Source: Paecilomyces variotii (lineage: Eukaryota). Taken from it: DNA of 64,000 nt. Where the stretch lies: assembly GCA_004022145.1 (NCBI GenBank), contig RCNU01000007.1. The stretch is one strand, 5' to 3'. The notes under the pieces are model-generated. The model was given only the letters and a program-made list of their open reading frames with translations. It had not been told where the DNA came from and searched no databases. Every line of letters starts with the position of its first letter. The first letter of the stretch is position 1. Below, piece after piece: positions 1-14,067 of this stretch. The translations under genes and the position numbers were made by a program.

Positions 1-797
1 AGCAGCAGCTGATGATCGCAGGTCCGGGCGATTCTGCCCAGATCCCTCCCCTCCCGCTTTGGGACGCTAAGTATGACACGCGATAGCCGTGGCGTAGGGA
101 TTGACACCTGTCCAAGGCACGGTTGGGTATGACGGACAGGGAAGGCATCCAATTGCTGATATGAAAGGAGCCAGCGTAAACGTCAGGGCATCCGGGGCAA
201 TGTTGTGGTTTTTCCCTACCGTCACTGACCCAGATTAATTATTGGGGGGTTTCGCTGGCTCGATTGAATGGATGAATCAGGGCAAGTGACGTCGTGTCTT
301 GGCACGGGCGGGAAGGCAGCAGAGATGAAGAGGTGGAAGCCTGAGGCGCCTGCTGTTGCTGCTGCGGTTGCTGGTTGTGGTTTAGCGGCTAGGGTTGCAG
401 CCCTTTCCGCGCGTTCAACGAGAGCAGAGCTGATTCGAGCTCGCCCGGCGTAAGCAGCAGCACGTGAGCCTGTTGCGGCCTCAGCCTTCAGGCTGTAACG
501 CTGCGGGCTTGGTGTCTCCGGGTCTCCGGAGCTAGCAACTCCCGTAACCTCACCATCTCATCATTTTGCCCTACGATCCTCAGATCCGAACGTCCTTCGC
601 CGGCAGACCTCCATCTACGAGTCGAACCATTGTGTTCACCTGGGTTAATCCCATCATCTCCACTCCTACGCTTTTCCCTCTACCTTTTTCATTCCAATTG
701 AGGCCGTCCGTAAGCTCTCCCGTCATTTCCTACTCTATCCGAGCTTCCTGGCTCACACTGTTTTTTGCAGAGGCTTCAAGCCATTCCACCGGCAATC

Positions 798-1974
798 ATG
801 TATAGAAGCGCTGCTGCTCGTTCGCTCTTCCGGGCGGCCGCCAGCTCCAATGCCTCCGTGGCTCGTTCGACTCTCCCCAGAAGCGTCTTCAAGGCTCAAT
901 TGACCTCGTCGGCCCGCCAGTCCGTCCGTCTGACGTCGCCAAGCCTTGCGCTCGCTGCCCGCAAGCCCGTCACCACTGCTCTCGTCCGATATGCGACGAC
1001 CAGCACCAATGCTGAGCGGGTGAGACCTAACCGATGCTTCTATACTTCTCCTGATCGGGAGCGAGTTGAACGATGGCCACATCTAGAATGGGCCGCTGAC
1101 GGGTTTTATATCTACAGGACGAGCCGGTTGCCGAAGAAGACACTGATGTGATGGCCGGTATGAAGGCTGAGGCGGTATGTGAAGCCCTGGACTAGTTATA
1201 CGATCTACTATGGCATCATACAGATGCTGACCTGCTGTCTGTACAGAAAGTTATCAAGGACACCTTCAGCCTGCACGACGTCCCCAAGGAGGCTCTGTAC
1301 CTCGGAATGGCCGGTGTCGTTCCCTACCTGGTCACCTCCATTGACACTGCCTACCTCGCCTGGGAGATCAACAACGCCGCTGAGACTGGCGATGGTGTGT
1401 TCATCTCCGGTCAGACTGCTGAGCTCATGCTGCACATGCTCGAGCCCATCCAGGTTGGCTACGGTGCAGTGGTAAGTACTCGTGTTGGATATAGTATCCG
1501 CAACGGTGATGTAAGATGGCTACTGACACCGATGACGTTCAGATCCTTTCCTTCCTCGGCGCTATCCACTGGGGTCTCGAATGGGCCGGGTACGGCGGTA
1601 AGCAGGGCTACAGGCGCTATGCGGCTGGAGTTGTCGCTCCCGCTGTCGCGTGGCCGACCCTCCTCCTCCCCGTCGACTATGCCCTGATCACCCAGTTCCT
1701 GGCGTTCAACTTCCTGTACTACAACGATGCCCGCGCTGCTGCTCGCGGAGCGGCCCCTCACTGGTATGGCATGTACCGCTTCGTGCTGACCTTCGTCGTC
1801 GGAGCCAGCATTGTCCTCAGTCTGATTGGCCGTGAGCGCATCTCCCAGACCCTCACCTCTGAGCACTCGATCAAGGACAAGATCAATGCTCTGCTGTACC
1901 TGCAGCAGAAGGAGAAGGAGGAGAAGGAGGCCCGTCTGCGGGAGGAGGCCGGAGCTGAGAAGGACGAGGAGTAA
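798..1974 (+). CDS. Mitochondrial membrane protein, DUF3429/TMEM69-like (spliced)
   Basis: ATG at 798 opens an Arg/Ser/Ala-rich presequence-like N-terminus (MYRSAAARSLFRAAASS). Later exons encode hydrophobic segments and 'GYGAV-ILSFLGAIHWGLEWAGYGG', typical of DUF3429. Three GT-AG introns; TAA at 1972-1974. Confidence 0.8.
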
Positions 1975-2749
1975 GTTAAAGAGCTCGGCGGGAGCAGCGG
2001 GGGGTGTTTATTTTTGAGGCGACATCAGCCATTATCAGCCATTTACCGCTTAGCGCCTCTCACCCTCGACAGACCTTCCTTGTTTGACCGACAGCGCAAC
2101 CCGAGGGAGCGTTAACGGCCAACTGTGGGGTTTTCCTTGGTTCGTGGGGAGGGGGGAGTCTCTTCTTTTTTTTTCTGCCTGATGGTGGCTGGTGGCGGCA
2201 AAGCATCCCCCCCTGTCTTGGGCGAATGCTCAGTGTTCTGTTTGGCTAGTGTGTCCTAATCGATAGTCGTGGCATTTTCCGTGGATGGATTTGTTGTAGA
2301 TTAAAACCTAAGCGGCAAAATCAAACTGTCCAGCTGACGCTGCTATTTTCGTTTGTTCTCCACATTTTTCCCTCCCCTCCCGCAGGTCCACAATCTTCGA
2401 GCCCTTTTTTTTCGTACCATTGTAGGGGAACCTTGACCAGACTAGACTACTGCAGCCTGCTTGATCGTCCCCTCGGGTCCAGGTTCCAGGGAAGCGTGCA
2501 GGAAGTTCGTTTAGAGCAAAAGCACGCCAGGGTCTCGACCGATTTTCCTTTTTTCGATATCTATCTAAGTTATCTAACATGGACGTGAGAGTGTTTACGT
2601 GTTCGCGCTGTCGTACTGTACTACTTGGACAATAATTGTAACAATGGCAAATGCAAAGATAAGAAAAAGTACAGCACGCACAGCACAGTACAGTATTTAC
2701 TCCGTATACTCGGAGTAGATAGATAGATAGCAAACCAAACTAGTAAGCA

Positions 2750-2753
<4 letters not shown>

Positions 2754-2807
<54 letters not shown>
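2754..2807. repeat. (TTA)18 microsatellite
   Basis: Perfect trinucleotide run read directly. Confidence 0.95.
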
Positions 2808-2808
<1 letters not shown>

Positions 2809-5800
2809 TGATGTGCATTTGGCTCGTGCTTGTGCTCGTGACCATGAATGAAATGAAATGAACGATCCTCCGTACTACTTATGTACTATGGGACTCCCGC
2901 CCGTCCGCCTGCGTAAGTAAAGTCTCCGTGTTGCGTACTTCGTTCGGCTTGGCGGGTTCAGTTCCGGGGGGAGGAAGGAATGCTATTACGATTATTATTT
3001 CTTTCTTTTTTGGGAGAAGCCGATCTGGGAGTCTGGAGTAGTAAGTATTATCTAGTAACCAAGTCTGGGGTTGGGGTTTTCTTTTCTATTCTATTCTTGC
3101 AGATCAGATCAATAGAACCCGTCCTGCCAAATAATAGATAGATACATACATACATACATAGATAACCATTAAGGAAATAAGGAAGAGACTCCCGAGCTCC
3201 AGACTCCAGACTCCAGACTCCAGAGACTGAGAGGGTAGATAACTAACGCACGGGCCGAACGCAGGCGAGAAACCTGCTTTGTCTACTAACTTCTGTCTGT
3301 CCCCCTTCCCCCGCCTTCGGGAAAGTTCGTCATCCAACAAGCGCGCATAGATAACTAACTTGATTACAGTAGACTTGAGAGTATGGTATTAATATTAAGT
3401 ATTGACTATCTATGATTCTATGTACGGTAGTTAGTCTAATGGGACTAGATTAGACTATATTATCATAATAAATAATAATAATGATAATAGTCGAAAAGAG
3501 AGTATGGTATGTACTTTTGTTTCTTTTCTAACCTAGTCTATCTACTCTGTACTCATATGACCCGATTGCAAGGCACGATAAGTTGTCCGTTTCGGATAAT
3601 TTTTGGGATTTTCGGGATTAAGATTAACTTACGGTGGTAGTTAATAGTTAATTTTATAGGTAATACATAGTTAGTTAGTAATAATAAAATAAAAGAATAA
3701 AACAACAAAGTTCCAGACGGGGTTTCAATTAAATTAAAATAAATTAAACTACATAACTATCCTAGTAGTATTCTTAAGTTTACTTACCATACTTCTGGAC
3801 TAGGTCCAAGATTCGAATCCAATAATTGCATAGGTAGGTAATTCAGAGGGGAAACGCAAAAGCCCAAAACCTGGCACGGTTGCGGAGTTTTGAGTTAGTT
3901 TGGGTTCCTGGGCGGAAACTGATCGAAGACGTCAGATATCGACGAATCAATCGGGACTCGGACTCGGAGTCGGGGCTCTGTCTGTTTGATCGGGTTCCTT
4001 CCCAGCAATTGCAGTGCAGTGCAAGTGCATTATCCGTACACTGCATATTATTGCAGGGCATTTACTGTAGACTACCCGCGTTACTTTCCTGATTTGATTT
4101 GATTTGAACGGTCTGGTTTCTTAACTACGTTGGTTGCTTAATAAGTAGATGATTATTTTGTATGTATGTAATATAATAGTGCAGTAAATGAAGAAAAAGA
4201 ACAGAAAAGAACAGAAAAGAAAAGAAACAATAGGATACAATGCGATGCGATGCGATGCGATGCAGCTCGATAATCAATCGCACGGTTTCTCCTTTTTTTT
4301 TTTTTCTGTTGATTTTCTTTCGGTTCGCCTGCCCCAGAACTAGCGTGAGATCGTTGACCTAAGATAGAATACCCATACCAAAGAAACCGCGCTTTGGTTT
4401 CATAATCAATAACAACAATTGCGGCCTAACTGAGGGGGGCCACGGTCGTGTAAGGGGGGTATCTATCTAATCTAAAGGGCAAGAAGAAGAAAAAAAAAAA
4501 AAGGGAGTGCTCAGTGCATAGTCTACTCTACGAGATGAAGCAGAGTGGGTGGGGGGTTTAGTTAGAAAGGAAAGGAAGATCGACTTGGTCATGTGTACAA
4601 CAAGAAAAAAAAAAAAAAAAAGACCGATTCAATTTCAAACCCGCCAAAAAATCAATGCACGTTTTAGATTGTGATGACCCTGAAAAAGGGACGCGCGCCC
4701 TCTCTGGGCTTGTGTCGTTCTCGAACCGAGGATTCCGGCGGATACCCGCAGGTTACCTACCTAGGTACCTATCTAATGTCAGCGTAGCGTAGCGCTTGTT
4801 TTGATCGAAAGGGTAAGTTAATAATTAATAATAGTAGCGCGGAAGCATCGACCAGGGTCTAGAATGGGAGGATTCGCCGAGTCCTGCAGGGAGAGAGTGA
4901 GCGAGAGAGTTGGGTTCGTCTCGGAGGTCGCGCGATCGGGGGGGGGATCTTTATCGATACGACTGCGGGGGCTGCATAGGAAAAAGGAACTAAGCGGTGT
5001 TCCCTGTCTATCTCAACCCGGCAGATGGCTTAGTCTGGTCTTAGTCGTTCCAATCTCATTCTACGGCCGTTGATCTGGGAAAGGGCGCGGCCCACGAAGA
5101 TTATTGCTCTATAGTAGTCTATCGACACGGACAACGGCAGCACAGGAGAAATAATCCCGCAGCAGCAGCAGCCAGGAGACAGGGAAGAAGAAGAGCATGC
5201 CCGGAGAAATCGAGTAGAGCCGGTATCAAATACCATATTAAATACCATATTATCCAGATAACAGTTATGTACTGTACATAGATCTATCTACTCTATTATT
5301 TACTATAGTACGGCAGACTTTCCTTTCTTTCGATTGTCAAAAGACTCCACTCCACGCATTGAGGGCCGAGAATGCTCAGCAATGGCGGGAGTTGTTCGAG
5401 ACATCCGCGACCGGCGGGGACGGGAGGGAATGCTTGGACGCCTTCTCCAGATCCGGGGGGCGATCCCAGGGGAGCAGCTGAACAGGTACCACGACGGCCG
5501 CGGTCGGGATGCCGTGGCGGAACAATCCAATTGCAGCTGACTGGGAAAAGGACTCGAGGAGTAACGGTCGACGGAATTGGCCCAGCAACGCAATGCAATG
5601 AGACGCAATTATCATCACATCCACGGAATCAAACCAAACGCAATGGAAGGGTTCACCATCACCAGAAAGGGAAAAGAAAAGGGAAAGGAGTCAGTCAGTC
5701 AGTAAGTAGTAAGTGGCACAGACAAGACAGACAGAAAGGGCCGACAGGAGCGAAGCAACGCCGTGTCAAGGCCGCTGGGGGGCGAGGAGATCGAGGCGAG

Positions 5801-6671
5801 TCGAGGTCTAGGCTAGGCATCTGGGCTAGAAGGAAAGGAGATGGTCGTCTGATCAGAAGAAAAGAAGGAAAAAAAATGATTAAATGACTTCAGCAGTAGG
5901 CTAAGTGGGATGTGGAGAGAAGCAGAGCCGTGCGCCCAGCATATCCCCCACCCGCCCACTTCTCCGCCATGGAAGGACGGCCGGTGGCTGTGAGGAAAGT
6001 AGTAGTAGTAATAGTAGTATGATAGTAGTTAGTAGTAGTAGTACGTACATAGTGAGGAAAAACTGGGCAAAGAAATACTAGAATGACTTCTTCATAGTAT
6101 GTAATCTTCATACTCCACCGTGGTGGATAAAGCTGGCTCGTCGCGCCCTCTCAGCGGCCTCGTCGACCTTCTCTTTCTTTTTCCCTCACGTCCAACTTGT
6201 TGCGCCCTTTCCTGCTCTCCCCGAGACTGGTCCTTGTTCGCCATCACTCGTACGTCACGATCCATCCGTCCAACCTCGGGGAAAAGAAAAAAAAAACTGG
6301 GCAAGACTGGAACACAGACCATACCGACGACCATACTTATTTATCGCTATATATCATTCGCTCGCACTGTAGGCTTTGCAACGGGTGATCGAAAACGTAA
6401 TTCCATTTCCGTCACCAATCTAGACTTCTTTTTTATCTTCGTCTTATTCTCTCTCATCTACTCTTTGATCTCTCTATCTCTCGACCTCTCTATCCTACAA
6501 TCCAGCTATCCACCCACCCATCCATCCATCCATCTATCTATCTACCTATCTACCTATCTATCCAACCTGTCTGTCTGTCTGTCCTGCGGATAAACCATCC
6601 CCCTCTTCACCCCGCTCCGACTCTACTCCCTATCATCTTTTTCCTCTCGAACCACAACCACATCTCCGACC

Positions 6672-8592
6672 ATGTCTGAAGACGCCCCTCCCACTGCCTC
6701 AGACATCAGAAGACCCTCCGTCGTGATCGAGGCCAAGAAGACCGACGACGGCCCCCGGTCCATCATCCAGGATGAGAAGCACCGTCCGGACAACCTCAAG
6801 GACCGTTTTCTGGGTGCCATCGATCAGGGAACGACCAGTTCCCGTTTCATCATCTTCGACGGCACCGGTGTGCCCATCGCCTCCTACCAGTCCGAATTTC
6901 GTCAGATTCACGAGCAGTCAGGGTATGTTGCAATTCTCCCTTGTGTTTCCCCCCACCCGCCAGGGTGGCAAATTGCTTGAACCCCGCCGCCCCGTGCGTC
7001 GATGACAGCCATTGAGCTAACATGATCACCGTCTCCGCTTGCAGATACCATGAGCACGACCCCCAGGAGCTGGTGGACTCGGTCAACAAATGTATCGAGG
7101 AGGCGATGAAGAACTTCCTGGCCCTGGGCCACTCCCGCGCGGATATCGAAGCCATCGGGATCACCTCGCAACGAGAGACCACCCTGGTCTGGGACTGGGA
7201 GACCGGGGAGCCGCTGTATAACGCCATTGCGTGGCCAGACACCCGCACCAAGGGTCTGGTGAGAGAGCTGCGAGAGAAGCCTGGTGCGGACGAGCTCCTC
7301 AACATTTGCGGTCTGCCACTGTCCACATACCCTTCGTCCGTCACGTTGGTGTGGATGCTGCGAAACATTCCCGAGGTCAAGAAGGCGTACGATGAGGGAC
7401 GACTCGCCTTTGGTACCGTCGACACATGGCTGCTGTACAACCTGAACGGCAAGCGGAAAAACAACGTCTTCGTTACCGATGTCACCAACGCATCACGGAC
7501 CATGTTCATGAACCTGCACGAACTGAAGTATGATGACAAGCTGCTGGAATTCTTCGAGATCGACAGGAATAAGATTCGACTCCCCAAGATCGTCCCCTCA
7601 TCCGATCCCGACGAGTTTGGCTACATCGCTTACGGCCCTTGCGAGGGTGTCAAGATCGCAAGCTGCCTGGGAGACCAGTCGTCGGCCCTGGTGGGCCACT
7701 GTGCTTTCACCCCCGGCACGGCGAAGAACACCTATGGAACCGGTTGCTTCTTGCTCTACAACGTTGGCGACAAGCCAGTGATTTCCAAGCACGGTCTGCT
7801 GGCCACCGTTGGATTCCAGCTGGGACGGGACCGACAACCCGTCTACGCCCTGGAGGGCAGTGTGGCTGTGGCAGGCAGTGGTGTCTCGTTCCTGATGAAC
7901 AACCTGGGTTTCTTCCGTGATTCCCGGAAGGTGAGCGAAGTCGCGGCCACCGTGCCGGACAATGGAGGCTGCGTCTTCGTCACCGCTTTCTCTGGTCTTT
8001 TCGCCCCGTACTGGATTGACGATGCGAAAGGAACCATCTGTGAGTATACTCCCGTCGGAACGCGGTTGGAATCTTTCCCCACTAACGAACGCACAGTCGG
8101 TATCACCCAGCACACTCAGCGTGGACATATCGCGCGTGCGACCATGGAAGCTGCGTGCTTCCAGACGAAGGCTATCCTGGATGCCATGGTGTTGGACAGT
8201 GGCCACAAGCTCTCTGAGCTGGCGGTGGATGGCGGAATGAGTAACTCCGACATCTGCATGCAGGTACGTATTCTCGGACGGTCCAGATTGCTAGCAGTCG
8301 AACAGAAACTAATTCTCTTGTCTAGTCTCAAGCTGATATCATCCGAATGCCCGTCGAGCGGCCGTCTATGCATGAAACTACGGCCCTGGGCGCCGCAATC
8401 GCGGCCGGATTCGCCGTTGGCATCTGGAAGGAATTTGACGAGCTGAAGCACATGAACCGTGCTAACCGTACGACCTTCACCCCGAAGATCTCCCCGCTGG
8501 AAAGTGCGAAGATGTACAAGCAGTGGTCGAAGGCAGTTGAAATGTCTCGAGGCTGGCTGGACACCAGTGAAATCGACACGGAGTCGATATGA
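6672..8592 (+). CDS. GUT1: Glycerol kinase (FGGY family), 4 exons
   Basis: Motifs AIDQGTTSSRF, GITSQRETT, TDVTNASRT, GDQSSAL, KNTYGTGCF, YALEGS, FSGLFAPYW, VDGG and ETTALGAA. Introns at about 6923-7044, 8040-8096 and 8264-8325. Confidence 0.95.
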
Positions 8593-10444
8593 GAGGCCTG
8601 GTAGGGTCTATACTTTCGCATCAGCGTTCTGGGATTTCTTTGTTGTTCAATCATGTAGCATGGATAGCCTGTTCTTTTATCGATACCCACATTAACTTAA
8701 TATTTAGAAACTAATTTAGTTATGCCACAATAAAATATATATATACAACTCTATATCATGATGGCGCTTCCATCTATAAGCTTGCATCCCGTATAACTTG
8801 GTTACCCAATCGCACCTACGGACCGGCGCCTCTAATTGATCGAGAAAGACGACATCGCACGCCTCGGAGGTCTCCATAGTCAACCTTCAGAATTTCAGAC
8901 CTGATCCTATATAGGTGGAAATAGGTGGCTTGCTGTTGCTTGTTCTACGCCCCTTATAGAGGGTACTACTTGCAGCTCGCCTCCAATAAAGCAGTTGGGC
9001 GCCAACAGAGGTTTGTAGGAAAAGGACGATCCGTGTAACAGCGTGCAAGGACTCGGCAGATCCTCTCGCAGCAGGGGTTGCATTGTTGACGACGCCGTAC
9101 ATGCGACTATCAGGCACCGTCTCGCCGCTTCTCTTCCACGACAATGGTGCCTGGAACCTTAGCACCAGTCCGTCGCCCTTAGTTCCCTTCCGTCCGCTTT
9201 CGATGGTGGCCGTTGTGGTCAGGGGATTATCCCCCGGCCTCGTGCTCGGGCAGTCACCGTGACATGGGGCCGCGGAAGCAACTTCTAATTCTCATCTTGA
9301 TAAGTATTATCAGGGGGCCCTTTTCTCATTGCCATCATAACTAACACACAACAGATGCAAGTTCTGGCCCCCTCTCTCTCTGTTGTTCACGATCTGGCAT
9401 CGGAAGCAAGCTTCCTATATCGGTTGTCCATCCGTCTCAAGACACGGGTTCTTCCAGTCCATCTGCTGATCGCTCCCGGGCTTTCGTGTTCTCCGCAATG
9501 GCTCTTGATCAGCCCTCAGGAGATCAACCATGATGAGCTGCATCGGTCTTTTGAATGATCCGGAGTGTGCCTCGGTAGCATACGCCTACCGCAGCAGTGA
9601 ATTGGCGGGACTTTGGGAACGTTGGAAATGCAGCCACAGACCAGGATGGCCTCACCTGGTTCAGAACATTCGCCCTTCCCGAGTGTGCAGCGTGCATACG
9701 AGACAGCACGCCCAGAGATGTTATTAACCCAACGGAGCATATTCTCCCTTCCGGATGATTGACGACGGTGTCCATCTCTCGTCCTAAGCTAACCACATCA
9801 GCCCCAGCCATGTGTAATAATATCCAGAGTCAGACACCTTCCCAGAGCCGATCTTGCTCCCGCGAAAAAAGCACGAATAATGCCGGCCCACTGCGGCCCC
9901 GGTCCGCAGGATGGGGTCATGACAGCGTTAGTTCGTAGTATCTGCAGCTCGACGACTGTTTCGAGCCTCTCTGTTCTCGATTACCTCGAATCACTACTGC
10001 CAGAGTTCCCCATTGTCCCGCGCTGGCTGTGGCTGCCACGAACAGGGCTGCGACGGTGCCAGGGCTGTATGGGATTCCAGGCCCCTCGGTATGTGGATTT
10101 GCTGGCAACATCGGCCACCTGGACCAGCCCGCACACCTCGACCGGTGACGATGTGACCCCTTTCACACAATAACGGTCCGTACGCGTCGGAACTGACCAG
10201 CGGACCCGTCAGTTTCCGTCAATGGGACTGGGATAGGTCGGGCAGACCACCATGAGCTTCCTTGGAGGCGGAGACTCGCCTCTCATAGCTCACGAGCGCA
10301 CATTCCACATCTTTTCTGTCGATATTAATTTTCGACCTACTTCAACCTCTTACATGATGCTTTGCATGGTTTCCTTTTCTTCCTCTTTCTCATGCTTGCC
10401 AGGCCATATCGCTTGCAATTGATCAAGTCGTTGTGGTATCCGCC

Positions 10445-10867
10445 ATGTGTGATCATACACAAGTTAACTACCGCTGCGGCCACCGTCGCTACCTGGTGGT
10501 AGCGTGGTGCGCGAGATACGCTCAAACGGGAAAGACATGTCCATTGAATGTGGTGAGCATGTAAGAATCAATTCTTTTTCTGTCGCTTTTTATTCAGATG
10601 GATCTCCGCATCATTCAATGCTAATTTATTCCTCCCGGGGGAAACAGTGAAGACCGTCTTGACGAAGATTGTGGTACGTTCGCAATTGATTAAAAAGAAA
10701 AAAGAAAAGAAAAAAGAAAAAAAGAAAAAGAAAGTTTTCATACGACCAGTTTCTATCCTCATTGGATTGGATTGCTATACTACGCGATACCCACGGTGTC
10801 CACGATGGCGAAAGGAGACTGACGGAGAGCTCACGTCGGATTATATACAGGAGACTGCAAAAAGTAA
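10445..10867 (+). CDS. Small Cys-rich protein, 52 aa, 3 exons
   Basis: Exons 10445-10560, 10648-10673 and 10851-10867, joined by GTAAGA..CTAAT..CAG and GTACGT..CAG introns, give MCDHTQVNYRCGHRRYLVVAWCARYAQTGKTCPLNVVSIEDRLDEDCGDCKK*. The start context is GCCATG. Confidence 0.8.
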
Positions 10868-12070
10868 CCCCTTCGCCCATCGACCGGCCAGTAGGGGCCA
10901 CATTTACTCAGACATTTGGACGTCCGCATCTCGTCTAATGTGCGATCCCTTGTGCGGCTACTTCCGCTCGCCGCAAACGTGGGTGTCGCTGAGTCCTCTT
11001 TAGGAAGTACATGATAGTCTAGTCTAGTCTATCAACTCGCTGGGAGTCAGCTTGTTCTATCGGGGTTTCCATCTTTCATCTGGCTTTGTAAAAGGGTTAG
11101 GTACGCGCATGGATTGGTGGCGTGGCTCTTTTCAAATAGCTAGCTATCTTCTTCGTCATTGGGCTTTCGATACTGCGGTGTGCCATAAAAAGTGCTTCTG
11201 GGGGGGAAAATCGGGCGTGAGGCATTTCAATCTGATAGTCGATCATCTATATATCTCCTTCAAGGCTGAACTCAGTTGACACATTCCCATTAAGCAAGTG
11301 TTTCCCCATTCCTTTCATTATCAACCCCATCTTCCAATTTGTAAAATTACCAAGACATCTAGGGCTCCAGGACTCTTACCGAACACGTTCCTACTTCGAG
11401 GTCCGAGCACCCATCCATCGAGGCAGGGTTCATCGTAGCCGGTAGATAGTGACGATAGACTAAGTTAATTATATCATCCATGCCCCATGCAATGCGGCGC
11501 AGTCCCATCAGGAGGTGGACCGGACCAACAGATAACATGACATGACATGACTTGCAGGTGCCAACCAACCCGTGTGTGTGTGTAGATACCTCCGGCGTGA
11601 CACATGTTCATGTTCATGTTCATGTTTATTCTCGACTTCGAGGACATCCGCTGGTGTCATGCCACTCTCCTGTTCACCCTTCTTTGTCTTTTCTTTGGGG
11701 ATACGAACATGCAGTAAATTAGGTACTGTACATAACTAGATAGTAGATAGGTAGTAGATACATTAGGTACTTAGCGCAAGCCACGTCCATGGTATGGTAA
11801 CTATGGTACTGTATGTACATACCTTCCTGTACCTTGCTGGGAACGCCACCAATACTTAATGGGGGCCATATATAATATATTTACAGCATAGGTAGTTATG
11901 TCGAGCATAGCGGCCCGATACTTAGTTGTTATGTTTAAGATAGAATAGAATGATGGTATATAACCAACTAACTCAAACCAACTCAAGCCAAACCAACCCA
12001 AACCAACCAACTAAGCCACTCACTCGCTCACTTACTCACTCGCTCATTTACTGTACCACGAAATAAAAAA

Positions 12071-12380
12071 AATAATACTTTTTTCTTTTTACTCCCTTTT
12101 TCCCCAGTCTACCCGCTGGGAAAAAAAACTTGCAGTGAACTAACTAGGTAGGTAATTAATTAATTAATTGATTGATTGATTAATTATTATTTAGAACCTG
12201 AAATAGGATAAATTCTATTTAAGCGAAACAAAACAATAATACTTTTTTTTCTTTTTACCCCTTTTTTCCCCAGTCTACCGGCTGGGAAAAAAAAAACTTG
12301 CAGTGAACTAACTAGGTAGGTAATTAATTGATTAATTAATTGATTATTATTTAGAACCCCGAAATAGGATAATTCTATTC
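12071..12380. repeat. Imperfect tandem duplication of a ~150 bp AT-rich unit
   Basis: 12071-12220 and 12235-12380 share aataatacttttt...ccccagtctacc.gctgggaaaaa..cttgcagtgaactaactaggtaggtaatt...ttagaacc..gaaataggat.aattctatt. Confidence 0.9.
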
Positions 12381-12939
12381 TAACCCCTGTAAGCACAGCA
12401 TCGTATAGCAGAAGCAGCTAAGATTGAAAAAAAAAAGCGGTTATCTTTTCCGTCGAATGAAATGACTATCTGTCCTATCTTCTTGTTGGACTTGGTTGTA
12501 GTAGTGGTAGTAGCTACTAGTTAATCCTCGAAGCTCGACCAGTAACTAACTAACTGACTAGCTGGCTGGCTGGCTCCCTAACTACGTGATATAGGTCGTT
12601 CGCTCCCCCCCCCAACCCAAAAAAAAGAAAAGAAAAGAACAGAACAGAACAGAACTTAGTTAGTGACTAGCCCAGCGATTTGAGCGATGTGTAACTTATC
12701 TCGTCGATCTCCGGACGCGCTGACCCTCGTATCTGGCACAGCTTGAATATCTTCATGAGACATCAAGGCATGCTTGGGCTCCTGTACATTTATCCACTGG
12801 GTGCCGTGGTAGTGTATCTTCACCCTGGCATGAATAAAAAGAGCAGAATGGCAGCAATCTCAACCAAGTGACCTAGAGCCAAGTCTCAGAGAGAACCTCG
12901 ACATGCATTTTCCTCCTGCACTCATTATCGACGGCAATT

Positions 12940-14067
12940 TCAGTTGTCGAACCATTTATCTCGCAGCAGCTCAGCCGCGGAGGGTCTCTCTCTAGGGTCA
13001 AGCTTCATGATTTTCAGAATAAACTCCTTATCTTCCTTGGATACTTCCCGGTCTGTGATTCGAGAAAAAGGCTTTTTATTTTCAGGTGGTATGCTGTGCA
13101 TAATATATGCCAGAATATTTAATTTCTCCTTAGGGCAAATCTCTCGATATGTCAAAGGGAATGGGCCGAAGAATTCGCACTGTCTCTGAAGGATCTTGAG
13201 TTCGTACTCGGCGTGAGTAGCGGGGACATTTGGTTTGAAAAGGAAGAAATTATCCCCATAGAGTAAGGTTATGAGCTGGGAAATAAGTCAGTAAGTCAGT
13301 CAGTCATTCAGCCATCTCCGACGGAAGGGAAGGGCTCTGCATGTTATGCTGTACATACTAATGCACCAAACGACCATATATCTGTTGATGTATCCCAGCG
13401 GATCCTGAGCTGCGCTTCGGGACTTCTCCAAATAGGTGCCCCGATCAAGTCACAATCTTTAGCATATGGTGAATCCCAATGAACAGTGCTTCCACAATCG
13501 GCTACCTGAATATCTGTAAATCGTTCATGTCCCTGTCCGTAGTTTATGAGAATATTATCAGGTTTTATATCTGCTGATAAGGTAAGAAAACATACTAAAT
13601 ATAATTCTAAAAAATAAACAGTTATATTTACCTGTATAGACAAACCCATCCTCATGCAGAACTTTCAAGGCTTCCAGAATTCCCCGTGCCACATATTTGA
13701 TCTCTGAGCTTATTAATCTCTTAGAGATAGATGCATTCAACAGATGGTCATCTAAGTGCTTTAACACTATAGCTGGTGGATCTGCAATTTCATCAAGTAA
13801 TGGCCTGATGAATGGGGTTCGAGATTGAAAGCGCTTGAGCACGTCCCGCTCATTCTGTAGTCGAAAATGGTAAACACTTTTCACTACCACTGGTTCGTTG
13901 CTTTGGGTCCTGCTAAAAAATCCACTGTTAAGCAAGCAGGTCTTATCATTTAAATTTATGGAAAACTCATACGTTGCAAGCCAAACTGTATCTTGAAGCT
14001 GTCTGGCAATAGTGTATCTTCCGGTCTGGCCTTGAAGGAGCTGGCCAAGACGAAGTGAAGTGGTCAT
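12940..14067 (-). CDS. Ser/Thr protein kinase-like protein (spliced)
   Basis: VVVK, F-V-Y-T|DIKPDNIL catalytic loop across an intron, VADCGS in place of DFG, WRSPEA, DIWSFG and DPRERPSAAELL. Three introns. Confidence 0.85.

Noticed and set aside
12071..12380. CRISPR-like or other prokaryotic repeat array
   Set aside because: Only two low-complexity units, no spacers and a eukaryotic context.
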